From NCBI RefSeq assembly GCF_009914755.1, contig NC_060928.1: a stretch of DNA of 64,000 nucleotides; one strand, 5' to 3'. A model generated the notes under the pieces. The model was given only the letters and a program-made list of their open reading frames with translations, did no database searches and was not told where the DNA came from. Within the stretch, counting starts at the first letter, position 1. Every line of letters begins with the position of its first letter. This stretch comes from the human T2T-CHM13v2.0 reference genome, Homo sapiens. The position numbers and the translations under genes were made by a program. Shown here in pieces: positions 1 to 21,129 of the stretch.

Positions 1-193
1 GGCTCACGCTCGGTGCGCTGCACCCACTGTCCTGCACCCACTGTCCAACACTCCCCAGTGAGATGAACCTGGTACCTCAGTTGGAAATGCAGAAATCACC
101 TGTCTTCTGCGTCGCTCATGCTGGGAGCTGTAGACTGGGAGCTGTACACTGGAGCAGTTCCTATTTAGGGGACTGGAGCTGGCTCCACCCCCC
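1..193 (-). mobile_element. 5' end (5'UTR) of an L1PA element that continues off the left edge of the window
   Basis: Near-identical to the L1 5'UTR copies at 9990-10138 and 31621-31800 (CAGTGAGATGAACC.GGTACCTCAG.TGGAAATGCAGAAATCACC). The terminal ~60 nt are scrambled. Confidence 0.9.
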
Positions 194-1536
194 TAAAATG
201 TTTTATTTGGGAGGAAAGAATTGCAATTCAGGGCATACATTGCAGATTGGCTGGTCTTTAAGTATGTCCAAAGAACAAAGAGAAGGTTAGAGGTTTCATA
301 AGAAGGAGAAATATTACATATTGCTCTTTGAGAAGTTTCACTGGCACCAGTAAGATGTTGAGCAGTTAGCAAGTTCTGATTGGTAAGTAATAGCAGTGGG
401 CAAAACCAGTCTTAGAATTGCAGCAGGTCATTTACTGTATTTCAGTTGGGTATGACAAGAATGACCCAGTTCATATGATCAGTTTTTACAAGTTCCCTTT
501 TTGGTCAAGCTGTTTCTCTGAAAGTGTTGTTGATCAACCATGCTGTAGTTAGGCTTAATTATCCCTCAGCACCAGAATGGATCTGTCCCAGTTGTCTCTG
601 TCCCATGTTGCAGGGAAGATATGTGGGTCTTTGTCAGGGACCCAAACCACAGTAAAGTAACAAAAAGGCCAGAAGGAAAAATCTTCCCAGAATGGGTTTG
701 ACTGTGGTCTAGTATTGATTTCCATCTAATTAGTCCATGGGCATGAGCAGTCATCTGGAAGTGTTGAGTTAACATTATCCTGTTAGGAGACTTGGCATCA
801 CAAAGATTGGAGAGGCAGTAAGAGCAAAGTTTAAAAATTATAATACAATTATAATATGATAAATGATTAACAACAACACAATACAATTAGTTTGTACAAT
901 GATTTTGAACTCACAGCCGAAGCCTAAGGGCAACAAACTAAAATCTAAAGACTGTGGAGGAAACTGGGTGAGACGTGTTGTAGCCATTGAGTCACATTTT
1001 ATGACTGGGTTGACTTAAAGAAGAAAATGTCAACTGACAAAAGAAATCACCAATACAACTTGACCAAAAAGCTGTGCTAGGGTTATCGTCAAAATAGCCT
1101 AGAGCAATTACGTATTGTAAAATGTGAATTACAGCATTATCCTGCCAAATGAAAAAGGTAGCATCGAGGAGGGGAGGAGTCTTATTCTGATATGGAGTCT
1201 CGTTCTGACACCTTAGGATAAGCTGTTTACAGTGTGGAAAACACCCCCTTCTTATTTTGGTTTGCAGTTTAAATGTCTCTGGTTATGGCATCAGGAAGCT
1301 TGGTGAACCTTCTTTGTGGCCCACACATGAGGCATGAAACCTGCTCCTTAAAATTTATCTAGTTTCAATGTATCAGGCTTTAGGAACAAAGCAAGTCTCA
1401 TTTTAGTAATTTTATTTAAAAAAGAGAGTTGAATTTGAAGAATTCTAATTTAGGACCTAGGCTGGTCTATAGGCAGATAACAAGAATTCATAAACAATGT
1501 ACAGAGTTACAACCTGATAACCCTATTCTTATATGG

Positions 1537-1854
<318 letters not shown>

Positions 1855-3011
1855 TCAAAAACATTTTTTATTTAAATATAGGGAACTTTTTTTTTAGTTT
1901 TTTACTAATGTATTTTGAATGTCAAAACTCAGTTGTTAGAAAGGTTATCATAAATAATTACCTTTTAATTGTAGTCAACTTGATCACACACATTACTTTC
2001 ATAAATTTCCCTTTCACAAGCCTTTCTGTGACTCACATAGACCATGCATGACATGCCTTAAATATTCTGCTTTGTCTTCTGCCTCCTCCTTAAATAACTC
2101 AGTCATTTTATTTGAGGACAAAAATTTACCACACAAGATTCTTTCTCATTCAAAATTAGTCTCTTTTCTTTGCAACCTTCCTTAGCAAAAATTTATCTTC
2201 ATATCTATAACTTTCTTCACATCTTTCTCTCCTACTTACCAGTTCTTTTATATCTTGTTTCTATTTTCTTGCTAGATTTATATTTTAAAACCACCTCTAA
2301 ATAGCCTCTGAATTAGACAAAACATTTTTTTCTCAATAAAGAATATATTTTATGTCTGTCTTATAATTCTTATTAAAAACTTCATATTTTTATATTTTAT
2401 ATACAGAATGTTATATGTTAATTAAAATTTTTAACTCTCAGTAACCTTGAATTTTAGTAAAACTCTAGGACTCAAGATCTTTAATTGTCTGTCATGTATC
2501 AATATTTTGAACGAGAACCAGTTTATAATTTGAAGTCGTAATTGAAAATGACCCAGACATTTAATGAGTACCTATTAATTAAACATAACCTTAAGATTTC
2601 AAATCACATGAAAAGTTTATTCATAGACATTTGTCCAATTTACGTTTATCTGCTTTATTAATTTTTAATAGCTTACCTAAATTACCTATGAGAATTGAGA
2701 TATTAGACAAAGCTAATCATCATTTCAAGTTTTTTCTCTATTAATAATTTTTTAGCCTGTAAATATCAATTGTTTACCTAAGCAAGAACCCTAAAGTTAA
2801 ATGCATGGTTTCCTGTCCATAACTCAGAAAATATGGCTGTTTTGATTAAATTAGCAATACTTAATTAATTCTATTCATCAAGTAATTGCAGGAAGATCAT
2901 TTTGTTTTAGGCTGGGTTCATAGCCTTATGATCTGAAAACATAGAAAAAGCAAAATATAAAACTGTCTGATAAGTAAACCCAGGCAAAAAAACGTATGTA
3001 GACAATTATGA

Positions 3012-3185
<174 letters not shown>

Positions 3186-3549
3186 TAGTTTACCAAAGAT
3201 TTACTTACGTGACATGAACTTTATAAAATGGGTTAATTACTGTATATTTTATATGAGTGCTCATTTATTGAAATCAATCAAAATACAATTTCTTAAGAGA
3301 TTTCTGGCTGGCTACATCAGATTTTATTATGTAAACAGAAGATACAGTGTAATACATGTATATATACATAAATACATCTAGACAGACATATATACATACA
3401 AATGAAGATCTTGTAGTTTTTATTTTAGAATTTTGTCATTGGATAGTAATACAAACTCACTGGTTTACAATTGATGGTTGGACCCAAATTATTTTTTGAA
3501 AAAAATGAGATAAGGCTAAATTTTAAGATCTTTTTGTTGTTTTAAGTAG

Positions 3550-3846
<297 letters not shown>

Positions 3847-3996
3847 TGTTAGGCAGTCTTATGAAGGCTGTCAACCAAATTTGGGGTAAGGCAGTTTGAC
3901 TAGGTTGCCAATATACTGAATTGGACAAAGAATAATGTGACTAAATTATGTCAGGAGGCCTAAAAGATAAGTTATTTTATTATAGCAGAGCCTCGT

Positions 3997-10138
<6,142 letters not shown>

Positions 10139-10790
10139 AGGCCCATTTTCCTGGTCTTAAGTCTCTGTCCTTGAAGATCAAAATGTTGCCGTTCCTTTTC
10201 AGTATGAAGAGAATGTCTTTAACATGGAAATTTTTTCTTTGCTTTAAAAAAAAAAAAAACAGCATGAAGATCAAAGTGATTTTATTTCATTTCTGCTGGT
10301 TTGCAAGTGTTCTTCATAGATATTATGTCAGACTAGCTAAGGAGTTTTAGAGAAGTTTTGAACAAAGAGGGTTTAGCTTAGAGAACGATAAAGAAAAGAA
10401 ATTGTGAGGATGGGGAGAGCTCTGGAGAGAAAAGAGTTTCAACTAGTTTTAAGATGGTATATTGTAGTGAGGCAGTCTTTGAGTTTTCAACAATTTTTTT
10501 TTAGCCTCAAGATATCAATGAGCTATCATATCTTATTTGAAATCCACGATTTTATAGTCATGGTATTTTAATGCAGTTTTAAGAACGCAGACTCTTTAAA
10601 TAATCCCTGCAGTATTTGAACATGTTAGCGGCTGGAATCCCAGAAAATATGTTGGCATGCCTTTGAACTTTGAGAGCCCCATTCTGTGAATGTTCTGGTC
10701 TAATGTCAAATACACAAAAGCCAATTAAACACAAGTGCTGAATGCAAAAAGTCCAAATAAATGCAAACACAGACAGAAAATAAACTATAT
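10139..10790 (-). mobile_element. Probable continuation of the ERV1 internal sequence split by the L1 insertion
   Basis: Same AT-rich MER4-group-like character as 2000-3996. Inferred, not aligned. Confidence 0.4.
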
Positions 10791-12382
10791 ATTTACTAAG
10801 AAGGATGATAAGCCACCTCTTCAACTGAGGGTAAGAGGAAATATCCCATCACCAAGGCCTCAACCCGAAGGGAGCCTCCCAGCTCTGTCCTCTGGTTCCT
10901 GCCCAGTCCACTAGGATGATGCATTTTAACCATGACCACCTTTCCCAGTTGCCCTACCTGGAGAGCTGCAAGCCTTGGGGGCAGAGGAACTGCCCACCTT
11001 GGTCCTGGGCCTTTGCATGAAGGGTTGGGGGAAGGAATGACCAATTCGCTGTCTTATGAAACACAGTGTTGCTGCTGGTATTTCAGTGTTATCTGAAGGA
11101 CTTACTCAAGTACCAGCATTGTTGCAAACACTAGGCATTCCCACTGTGCGCACACACACACTCATACACACAACTGTGACCTGTCTAAGGGCATAGACTG
11201 TTGTAGTCATCTTAGGATAACCCTCAGGACCCTGCATATAAGCAGCATACACAGAGGCTTGCTGGGTGAAACAGCTCTTTCATTTAAATCAAGACAACAG
11301 GTGTTGACAACCTGCTCTGCACTCTGTTGGAAAGAAACATACTAGTTTTAAAATTCAGGCTAAAACCTCTTTTTCAGAACAAGGTAGAACTAATAGTAAT
11401 TATTATTATTCCCAGCCCTATACTAGATATTTTACATGTATTCTCTATGATCCCCTTAGCCTCCTGCAAAGTGAACAATAGAATCCCTAGTTTTACATAA
11501 GAAAGCTGAGGCTAAAAAGATAAAGTGACTTGACTAACATAACTCAAGTAGACAGTGTTGAGAGCCAGGATGTGAGTTGAGTTCTTCCCTGCTCTAAAAA
11601 TTCTCACTGCCTCCTTAAACGTCTCCATTCCGTTCTTGCTGCCACCATCCACATGCAATGACAGCTGTGGTATAGCGAATGAACTTTAACTTGAAGATCA
11701 GAAACAGAGGGATATTGACATCTTCCAACATGTGAAAGGTGACCAAGTGGCCCACTGCTAGGAAATGCAATGTTCGGAATCATACCCCCTCAACATAGTT
11801 TGTAATAGGATATTTTGTAAGTCTGTGTTTAACAACTGTTTGGATATTTACTGGTGGGATTCTTTGATTAGTGCCTGTCTCCCCTTTTGTCATTGAGCTC
11901 CTTGAGGACAAAGAATATGACTGTTTGGCTTGCCAGAGGATCCCCTGCTCCTAGGCATGGTGGCTGGTACACTCGTGAGCATTTAATACATGTATACTGA
12001 ATGAATGATACCTGGGACTCACCACCTTTACCGACTGTGAGCTTGGGAAATATAAATATATGGTATATACAAAAATATAAATATGTGATCTCAAGTAAAC
12101 ATCACAAGGAAATACAAGATGGGAATTATTATCTCCATTCTGTAGACAGAGAAATTACTATGCATTAAGTAACTCACCCAAGTGCACCTGAGCTGCGCTT
12201 TGATCCGAGGCCCATCTGGCTCCAGTGCACAGCACCGTGGATGCCTTAATGATCAATCTTCCCAGGTAGGGGAAGGTTTGAGCTGAAGGCTCCACAGTTG
12301 CCCTGCCTGCCCAGTGTGTCTCCTGGATGTGCCTCCACAACCCCATGCCGCACCACTAACTCAGATCTGTGCTTGTTTGCAG

Positions 12383-12521
12383 GCTCAGGAGGCAGCAGGG
12401 ACAGGGCAGCCAGCTCTTGGACACCGACAGCCGAGGGGGAGGCCAGGCCCAAAGCAAGCTCCAGGACGGGTGCAACAACAACCTCCTCACCCACACCTGC
12501 ACCCGTGGCTGCAGCAGCTGA
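12383..12521 (+). CDS. STK32B: Last coding exon of serine/threonine kinase 32B (YANK2)
   Basis: Acceptor GTGCTTGTTTGCAG| at 12382, phase 2. Translates (K)[45 protein letters not shown], with TGA at 12519-12521, matching my recollection of the STK32B C-terminus. This frame is absent from the ORF track. Adjacency to C4orf6 supports the call. Confidence 0.9.
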
Positions 12522-14440
12522 GCCCACACTTGTTGCTGCTCAACAGGACTGCACTCGTCTCTGCCCTGCCCACCCAGAGCCCCTCTTTGTGCCCTGATGG
12601 TCCCTGTCTCACCCCTGAAAACATCAGATGCAGAAAAAGCCCTGGACTTGGAGCTGGGAAGCCTGGGTTCTGGTCCCATCTCCATGACTGATTCACGTGT
12701 GACCTCAGACAAGTCACGCCCTCTCTGTGCCTCCGTTTTCTGCATCTGCCAAAGGGGTTAAACACTTCTGCCCCACTTCAAATTACAAGATTATGGGGAG
12801 AACCCAATTAGGTAGGAAACATGAAAAACCTTTGATATTTATAAAATCATTTTTACGTGCAAAATATAACCTTAATATTTGAAGTGACCCCCATTCCCCA
12901 AAGCAATCAAACCGTCATGACTTTGCAATTTGGCACATCCTAGCTTGTTAGAGGGCACTTCCGAAAAACACAGCCCTGACAGCAAAATAAAGGTCTGATA
13001 TGTTGGCCCCTTCTATGGAAACAACGCTGCCAAATCCTGGAGCAAAACCTGAAGTGTCTTCATGTGCATTCTCTGGCAGGCCACAGTCCTTCTGAGCTTG
13101 TAAGATGGTGCAGCATGCAGACCAGACTTGTCCCCAAGGTCTCAGCGCTGCGGTCTCACTCCTCCCCTCATTTAAGAAGACTATCCTTACCTTTTAGTTT
13201 CAGCAGTCCTCACCACCACCATATCCCCAGTGCTGGGATGGCACACAGGTGTCCATTCAGATGAGAGTTGGGTCGCTGAGCATTGGTTACTCCTGCAGAG
13301 TGTAATCAGCACCCCATCCAACTGGCCCGAAAGCCCAGACCTGCAGCAGAACTCTCCAACTCTCTATCAGCTTTCAGGGTTTTCTCTCCTGGGAAGGGTG
13401 TAAAATCAGCTTGTCAGATTCTTCTTACAGAGAGTATCCAATCGGTATTGGTGGAGCGGCTCCCTATTTATACAATAGGAAGCATGGGTGCTTAGAAAGT
13501 TTATTTCAGGAGGAAAATGGGTTCACACAAAAAGCAAACTACATTCTGATCTGCTCAGGGAGAAGCTTGCCTTTGAACTGGAAGATGTTGGGATGAGCAG
13601 GGAAAGCTTAGACTTTGGAGTCAGGTTTGTGTTCAGAATCCAGCCCTGCTGGCTACTAACTAACTGGGAGACCTTAGGCAAAGCATGCAATCGCTCTGAA
13701 TGGCAGTTTCCTCATTTTTAAACAGGGATAATAAAACTAATATTGCAGGGGAGTTACAGGGTTAAATAAGATCCTGTGTGTAACCCCAAGCATTGGATGA
13801 CTCATAGAATGGCCTTTTTTGTCAGCATAATCGTCATCATTATTTAGATACTTTCTTCCTTCACTCACCCAGCAGGTCAGTTTTCTGTGCAAACAAACCT
13901 GTTTAGGATTCTTCCAAATGTTCTTCCTGGGGTCTTTGATATTTGTTTGTTACATCCTGCTGAAGTTCGACTGTGTTTTTATTTTTTCATCCAACTTCCA
14001 TTTTTCACTTTTTACATGATTACTCAATCCTTGGGGCTGTCCATGTCATCTCTTAGATTTCTTAAAAGACATTTTAATGTATGGTTAGGTTTTATATTTT
14101 TATTTTTTAAAAAAGAAATAGTCAGTGTTTTCCTCCTTTCAACCGAGACTATTTCTGGATTGTGTGCTCCTCGTCAGTTGACTTGTTTTGCACACTTTTC
14201 TTTACTTCATGTCCCCATCAACAACCGTCCTGCTCCCCACCTCCCCCAGGAAATAAGGGGCCTGCTCCTCTCCCTACTGTGACCCTGGAGGCTCTTAAGA
14301 TGATGATGGTTTTTTTTATTGGGCTGAGTTCACGAATTAGGGGCAGGAGCTGGAAGTCGCCCTAGGAACACCAGATTTCCTGGTTCTGTTCAAGTTGGCA
14401 TTTCTTGTTTGGAATAAACTATTTCTTGGACATTCCTTCT
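12522..14440 (+). other. STK32B: STK32B 3'UTR, containing MIR fragments at ~12640-12760 and ~13590-13790
   Basis: Mostly unique sequence after the stop codon, U-rich tracts, terminal AATAAA at 14413-14418 with U/GU-rich downstream sequence. Confidence 0.75.
14413..14418 (+). terminator. Polyadenylation signal of STK32B (distal)
   Basis: AATAAA followed by CA at ~14431 and by TTTGTTCTT and GGGTTGGGTGGG. Additional AATAAA hexamers at 12986 and 13730. Confidence 0.7.
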
Positions 14441-16006
14441 CACCACTTTGTTCTTAATTCAGGGTTGGGTGGGATGGGCCACGTTCCTCTTAGCGTGAAG
14501 AGACTCAAGTTTAATTAGAAACACAAAAATGGGCATGGTTGGTGGTGTGGACACCAAGCCAATGATGGAATCACTTTGATTGGTGGTATGGACACCAAGC
14601 CACAGATGAAATCAAACTTAGCTTGGCAATTCAAGGCTCTATCTAACTTGATCACAATCTACATGATTATTGTTACTATTTTGTATTTCCTAAGGTACCA
14701 TCTATTCACTAAGGAAAAAGTACAGAAAATTCTTCATCCAGAGAAAGACACTCTTTAACATTCCCTCAAATTACCACTCAAACCTTTATACAGCACACAC
14801 ACAGGTGCAAATGAACCAGTATTTTCCTTTCCATACAGACTTCTTGATTTTCCACTTTCCTGCTTTCATTTGTCCTGTCCTCTCTACTGGGGATGCCTTT
14901 CAGCTCTCGTCGACACATGTTAAAATTCCCCTTTCTCAAAGGCCAATTCCATTTCTCCCATGATGTCTTCTGGGGCTTATGGCACCACCCACCCAAGCTA
15001 GACGCCACCTCCTCCAGGAACTCTCGGGCACACTTGCTGTCACTCACGGCTCTGCTTGCTGACAACTGCACCATCGCGTTACTCTCACCCATGCCTCACC
15101 CTCCTTACCTTTAGGCTCCCTCAAAGAAGCCGGGTCAGATTCATGTCCATCTCCTCATCCCATCCTCCTGTCCTGACAGTGCCTGGCTCCTAAGGAGCAA
15201 TCAACAAACTCTCTGTCTAGGGACGACTTACTTTTGGCACCCTCCTGTCTTCCACTTGGCTCCACGGTCACTTCCCAGAGCTTTTTCCTCTGCAGGTCCC
15301 AGTGTTTTCTCAGGGGTTACCCTCCAGTGGCGTGCCCAGTCCCCATTCACCCCCTTCAGAACCACCTTTCCGTGATCTCCAAGTTCCAAATGAGTTTCAC
15401 CCTTCCCTCATCCGAACCCCGACTCCCAGTACTGGCAAGAAAGCAATCTGATTAAAGAAATCCATTCCCATGCAAGAATTTGTGTTAGGGTTTACCTTAT
15501 GAGTGGAAATTCAGGTGCATCAGGGCCAGCTGTAGACCAGTGGGTGCACCAGGACATGCTGACAATACCAAGTCAGGGTCCACGCTGTGAGTAGCAAGGA
15601 TCTAGAACTTCTGCCTGTGGCCAAACCAGCCATGCCTGTTGATTTCTGTATAGTCTATGGTTGTTCTCTTGCTACAACTGCAGTGCTGAGCAGCTGCAAC
15701 AGAGACCCTGTGGCCCACAATGCTGAAAATATTTACCACCTGGCCCTTTAGAGAACAAGTTGCAGAGCCCTGATCTAGAAGACACATCTGGGACACTAAG
15801 TGCATAGATGGCAGATGCACATTTGCTTTGCTCACCTGCAAAAGCCAGGGGGTCCCAGAGCTTGGCAGTTCAGCCCTGTGGGTTCCCAGGGGGAAGAATT
15901 TGCAGGGGAATGTATGGTTGATTTGCCCTCACCAGTTGACCCTTGAGCTTTTTCCACACTGGAGCTTTAACCAATAACATTTCCCAGGTCAGTATTATTG
16001 AGTCTC

Positions 16007-16688
<682 letters not shown>

Positions 16689-17377
16689 GTCACCCTCTTC
16701 TTGTGACCCTCCTCCCATGTAACCAGGCCCTCCCAGAAGTCCTCTACACAATCTCTGCTTCTTGTAGTTTGGTTTCCACAGCACTTGTCACACTGCCCAG
16801 CTGATGGTTTTGTGTCCCACTTCTCCCCCTGGCAGGCTGTGGGCTCCACAGGGTGAGCTATGCACAGGCGGCCCCCAGCACAGAGCAGCCTCAAGGCGGG
16901 TCCTCAGTCGATATAGAAGTTGCACAGACATGCTCACCCCAGCCCCCAACTTGAGCCACGTTTAGCAAACAGCTGTCACTTTGATGATTCAGCCCATGCA
17001 CTGTGCCTCTCCTGTGGCATCATTTGCTATCTGTCCCCTTTCCTCTCCCAATCTCAAACATGAAATCACAGCACAGTCTCTTCCATGTTTAATTAGCGAC
17101 TGCCACAAAGAACAGATATCTGTTTCTTCCTGGGTGATCACAGACAAACATGATTAATGCATTTCCCTCTCGGTGTCTCTGCATTTCATATCCCCTGCCT
17201 CTCTCAGCACATGTTTTCTAATTCTTTCCACCCAGCAGGGAGAGTGGCAAGTCACACATGAGCCTTTCTCAGGCAGCATAGCTGCCATCCTTGCATCATC
17301 CTAACTCTAAAAATCGATTTGTGCAACCACCTTCTGTGCTTAATAGCATTTTCTAAATAGAAATTAATTTCACACAT

Positions 17378-17719
17378 TGCTTTAGTCTGAATGTTTGTGT
17401 CCTTCTAAATTCATATGTTGACATGTCAACCTCCAGGGTGATGATATTGAGAAGTAGGGTCTTCGGGAGGTGATTGGGCTATGAGGGTGGAGCCCTCATA
17501 AACAGAATAGTGCCCTAAGAGGTGTCAGAGCGCTTTCTGGCTCCTTCTACCATGTGAGGACGCAGGGAAAAGGTACCAAAAAGTGGATCCTGCCAAGACA
17601 CCAAATCAGCCATAATCCTGGACTTCCCAGTCCCCAGTACTGTGAGAAGCAAATTTCTGCTGTTTGTAAACTACTCAGTTTATGATATTTTGTTATAGCA
17701 GCCTAAACAGACTAAGACA
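17378..17719 (+). mobile_element. MLT1A-like MaLR solo LTR
   Basis: TGCTTTAGTCTGAATGTTTGTGTCC...GACTAAGACA with a perfect 5-bp TSD CACAT. Confidence 0.85.
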
Positions 17720-19614
17720 CACATCATATTTGTAATCAATTCTTGACAATTAAGAGTGTGGTTGGGAAGTTCTCTAACAGAGTTTTGGCTAAGACCAAGA
17801 GAAATCTGAGTCCTGCCTGATCAATCAGCTTTCTCCATCTTTCTCAAAGCTCTCTTCTGTTCCCCACCACCACACCATGTTCCCAAGAGAGTTAAGGAAA
17901 CCACAAAATAGGAATCAAAAAGACTATATCAATATTAAAGCCCCAACATATAACCCTGCTAGAAGGTCAAGTCAAAGCAAGAAGCACAGTATCAAAACCT
18001 TAGCAAGACCCTGGAATCTTCCCAAAATTTTACCTTGGCACCAGCAGACTCAAGGGTGCCAAGCACAGCAGCCCAATCCATTAGTAATACTGGCCCCATC
18101 AATGGCTCAGGTTCAGACCTGTCAGAAGGGACATTTCTCTTTCATTGTGGGAGAAATGAGTAAGGGTGCAGACATGCCTGGCAGAGGAAAATGTGCAGAG
18201 ATTCCCTTTTTCTTTGTATTACTAAGCTGTCAGAGTCCTACTCTCTCACAGAAACCAAAATCAAATAAACCCAGAATGTATTCACTTGCCTTCTAGACAT
18301 CTTCTTCCATAGAATTTCCCCACTCACTCTTTGTGGTCATGACAAGAATATATTGGCGGATATGCTCTTCTATATGATATTTTATGTCTATACCTCTGAA
18401 GTATTAGGCCCAGAGCCCTCCAAGCCTCCATCTTGGAGGGCTCTGGATGTTACTAAGGTCTTGACACTGGCCCACCTGCCCACACAATAACAGGGCAACC
18501 CAGACAGGGGAGCTACCTTGGTGTGCTCAATGAACACCTCCTTTGTCAAGACCGGCACGTTGGAAAAGAGATGATGGAGGATGCATTCCAAGCAAAGAAG
18601 ACCAACAGACAAAGGGCCCTGAGTTCAGAGTTACCCTCAGTTCTTCCAAGAACAGTAAGGAGGCCAAGGTGCTGGAACTTAGTGAATTGAGTGAAAAGTG
18701 GTACAGAGACAGCCGCTCAGCCAAGCATGACCAGATTATGGAAATCCTAGGGAACCCTGGGGAAGAGTTTGGATTTGTGTGATGAGATGCCTTTGAACTG
18801 TTTAGGGAGGGGAGTGGCTACTGTGTAGACAAAAGACAAAGGGGTAGGGGTAGTGACAAGTGTAGAAACTGGGAGGATACCAGTTGGATGGATGATACAG
18901 CAATCCAGGAGAGATGCCATGGTGGGGTGGCTCGGCGGGGAACCCTGAAGATGTAGATGGATCAGTGATATAGAGCACATCACAGTGACCTACCACTACA
19001 TCATAGTGGCTCTCAAATAGATGGATTTGAGACATTTCTAGAGAACCTGAAGGTTGGATTCGGGTGATAAAGAAAAGAAGCAGGACTTTAGAGTCAGACT
19101 GACCTGACTGTGTTACCTTGGACCAGTAATTTGAGATTTCTGAGTCCCAGTAATAATATGTTAGAAAACCAGCATGCAGATTAAATAAAATCATGTATTT
19201 AGAGCTCCTATTGCCTGACATGCAATATATACTCTGTGAGACGTATCCTCTCCTCTCCTTCATCTCTCTTGCAAGAGCAATAAAAGCTTTAGAAGCTTTG
19301 GGTTGAGCTCTTTTCTCCCATCTGCTTCTCTTCTTAGGGAGTTGGCTTTCCCTCTGCCCAACACCCATACCCTGCCTCTTCTTCCCCTTCAGCCCCTGAT
19401 TCCCACACTTTACCTCTCAGATAAAAACATCAGCCTTGTTGAAAGGAGATCCTAGTAAGAGTCTCTGCTGTGGTCTTCTGAAAAGATTGCTTGTTGGCAA
19501 GAGGATTTTTCTAAAGGTGTACTGTATCTATTTGCTTTGTGCTACAAGCAATGGAAAACCCAAGTCCGACTGCCTTACAGGAGGATAAGTGTTATCCCAC
19601 TTAATAAAGAGTCC

Positions 19615-19930
<316 letters not shown>

Positions 19931-21129
19931 AATGAGTCCAGGGGAGGGAAAATCCATGGCACAGAATGGGGTTTAGATCAACATCATGGGAGCCCAGGTT
20001 GGTCCATCTCACTGCGGTGATGTCCTTAATGTGCTGGCATTGTCTTCAAGCTGGCAGCACCCGTGGTTTTAGGTGGTGCCACAGATATGCACATACTATC
20101 CAGACACAAGAGCACTCAGGGGACATAGAAGGGGCTCTGCCCTCCTATGGATTTCTCTCAAAGAAGAGAAGTTTGTCCCAGAGTGCCCCAGACTTTCCCT
20201 CGTAACTCACTGGTCAAATTTGGGTCACATGCCCATCCTGAACCAATCATAGGCATGGGGATTGGGATTGCTATGCTTGGTTTATGCCAATTATAATCCA
20301 CTCTCTTAACCAGGAGATGGGCTCCCCTTCCCCTGTGTGATGTGGAAATGGAGATGCACATGGCCAACACTGAAGTTCTGTAAGGAAAGAGGAGAAGACA
20401 TGTTGGCTAAACACATAGCTCTTAACAGGGGGAAACTGAGACTTCATTGGATTTGACAGAAATCATTACAGTTCTGTTAGCAATGGTCCCCACATAGACC
20501 TTTCTAATTTTGATTTACCAAAGAGAGACAAAAGGCACAGAAATTATAACTTTGTGTTTTCTTATTGTTTCATCCCATAAAATCCCCTTCTGTGAACACA
20601 ATTAGCTCATAGTCGTTTATGCTCTATGGTGACTATAACTTGCCAGGCTTCAGCACATCAGAGGTGGAGGACACATGAAGAGCTTGGACAAAGGGAAACT
20701 GGTATTTATTGAGAACCAACAACATGCTGGGCCCTGGGCCACGTGCTCGGCCTGGATCATCTCATTTGATCCTCAGATTTCTGCAAGGTCAATATTGTTA
20801 TCCCCTTTTAACAAAGGAGGAAACTCAGACCCATTCTCTCATACCACAGAGTAGCTTTCTGTGCATGATGAATTGAAAAAGTGCCCGCAGTGGGTCTCTA
20901 ATCCTAAAAATTAGTTACCTAGAGAGAGAGAAAGACTGTCTACTGTGTCTTCCATGTCCAAAGTCTCAGAAAATGCACTCATTACCCAACTTGGTTGAGG
21001 AAACAATCCATCTACCAATCAGGAGTTGCCAGGGGGATGTGTACAGGGAAAAGCATGGTAGTCATCCTGGAACCCTATGGGCTGGACTCAGAGACTCACT
21101 TCTAACAAACAGAGCATGGAAAAGGAAAG

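Noticed and set aside
12298-12691. ORF-track entries 12298-12597 and 12314-12691 as the real gene product
   Set aside because: They begin at non-ATG codons upstream of the splice acceptor. The recognisable STK32B tail is in the third frame.
18802-19368. 188-aa minus-strand ORF
   Set aside because: Crosses MIR/L2-like fragments, with no domain similarity or splice support that I can recognise.
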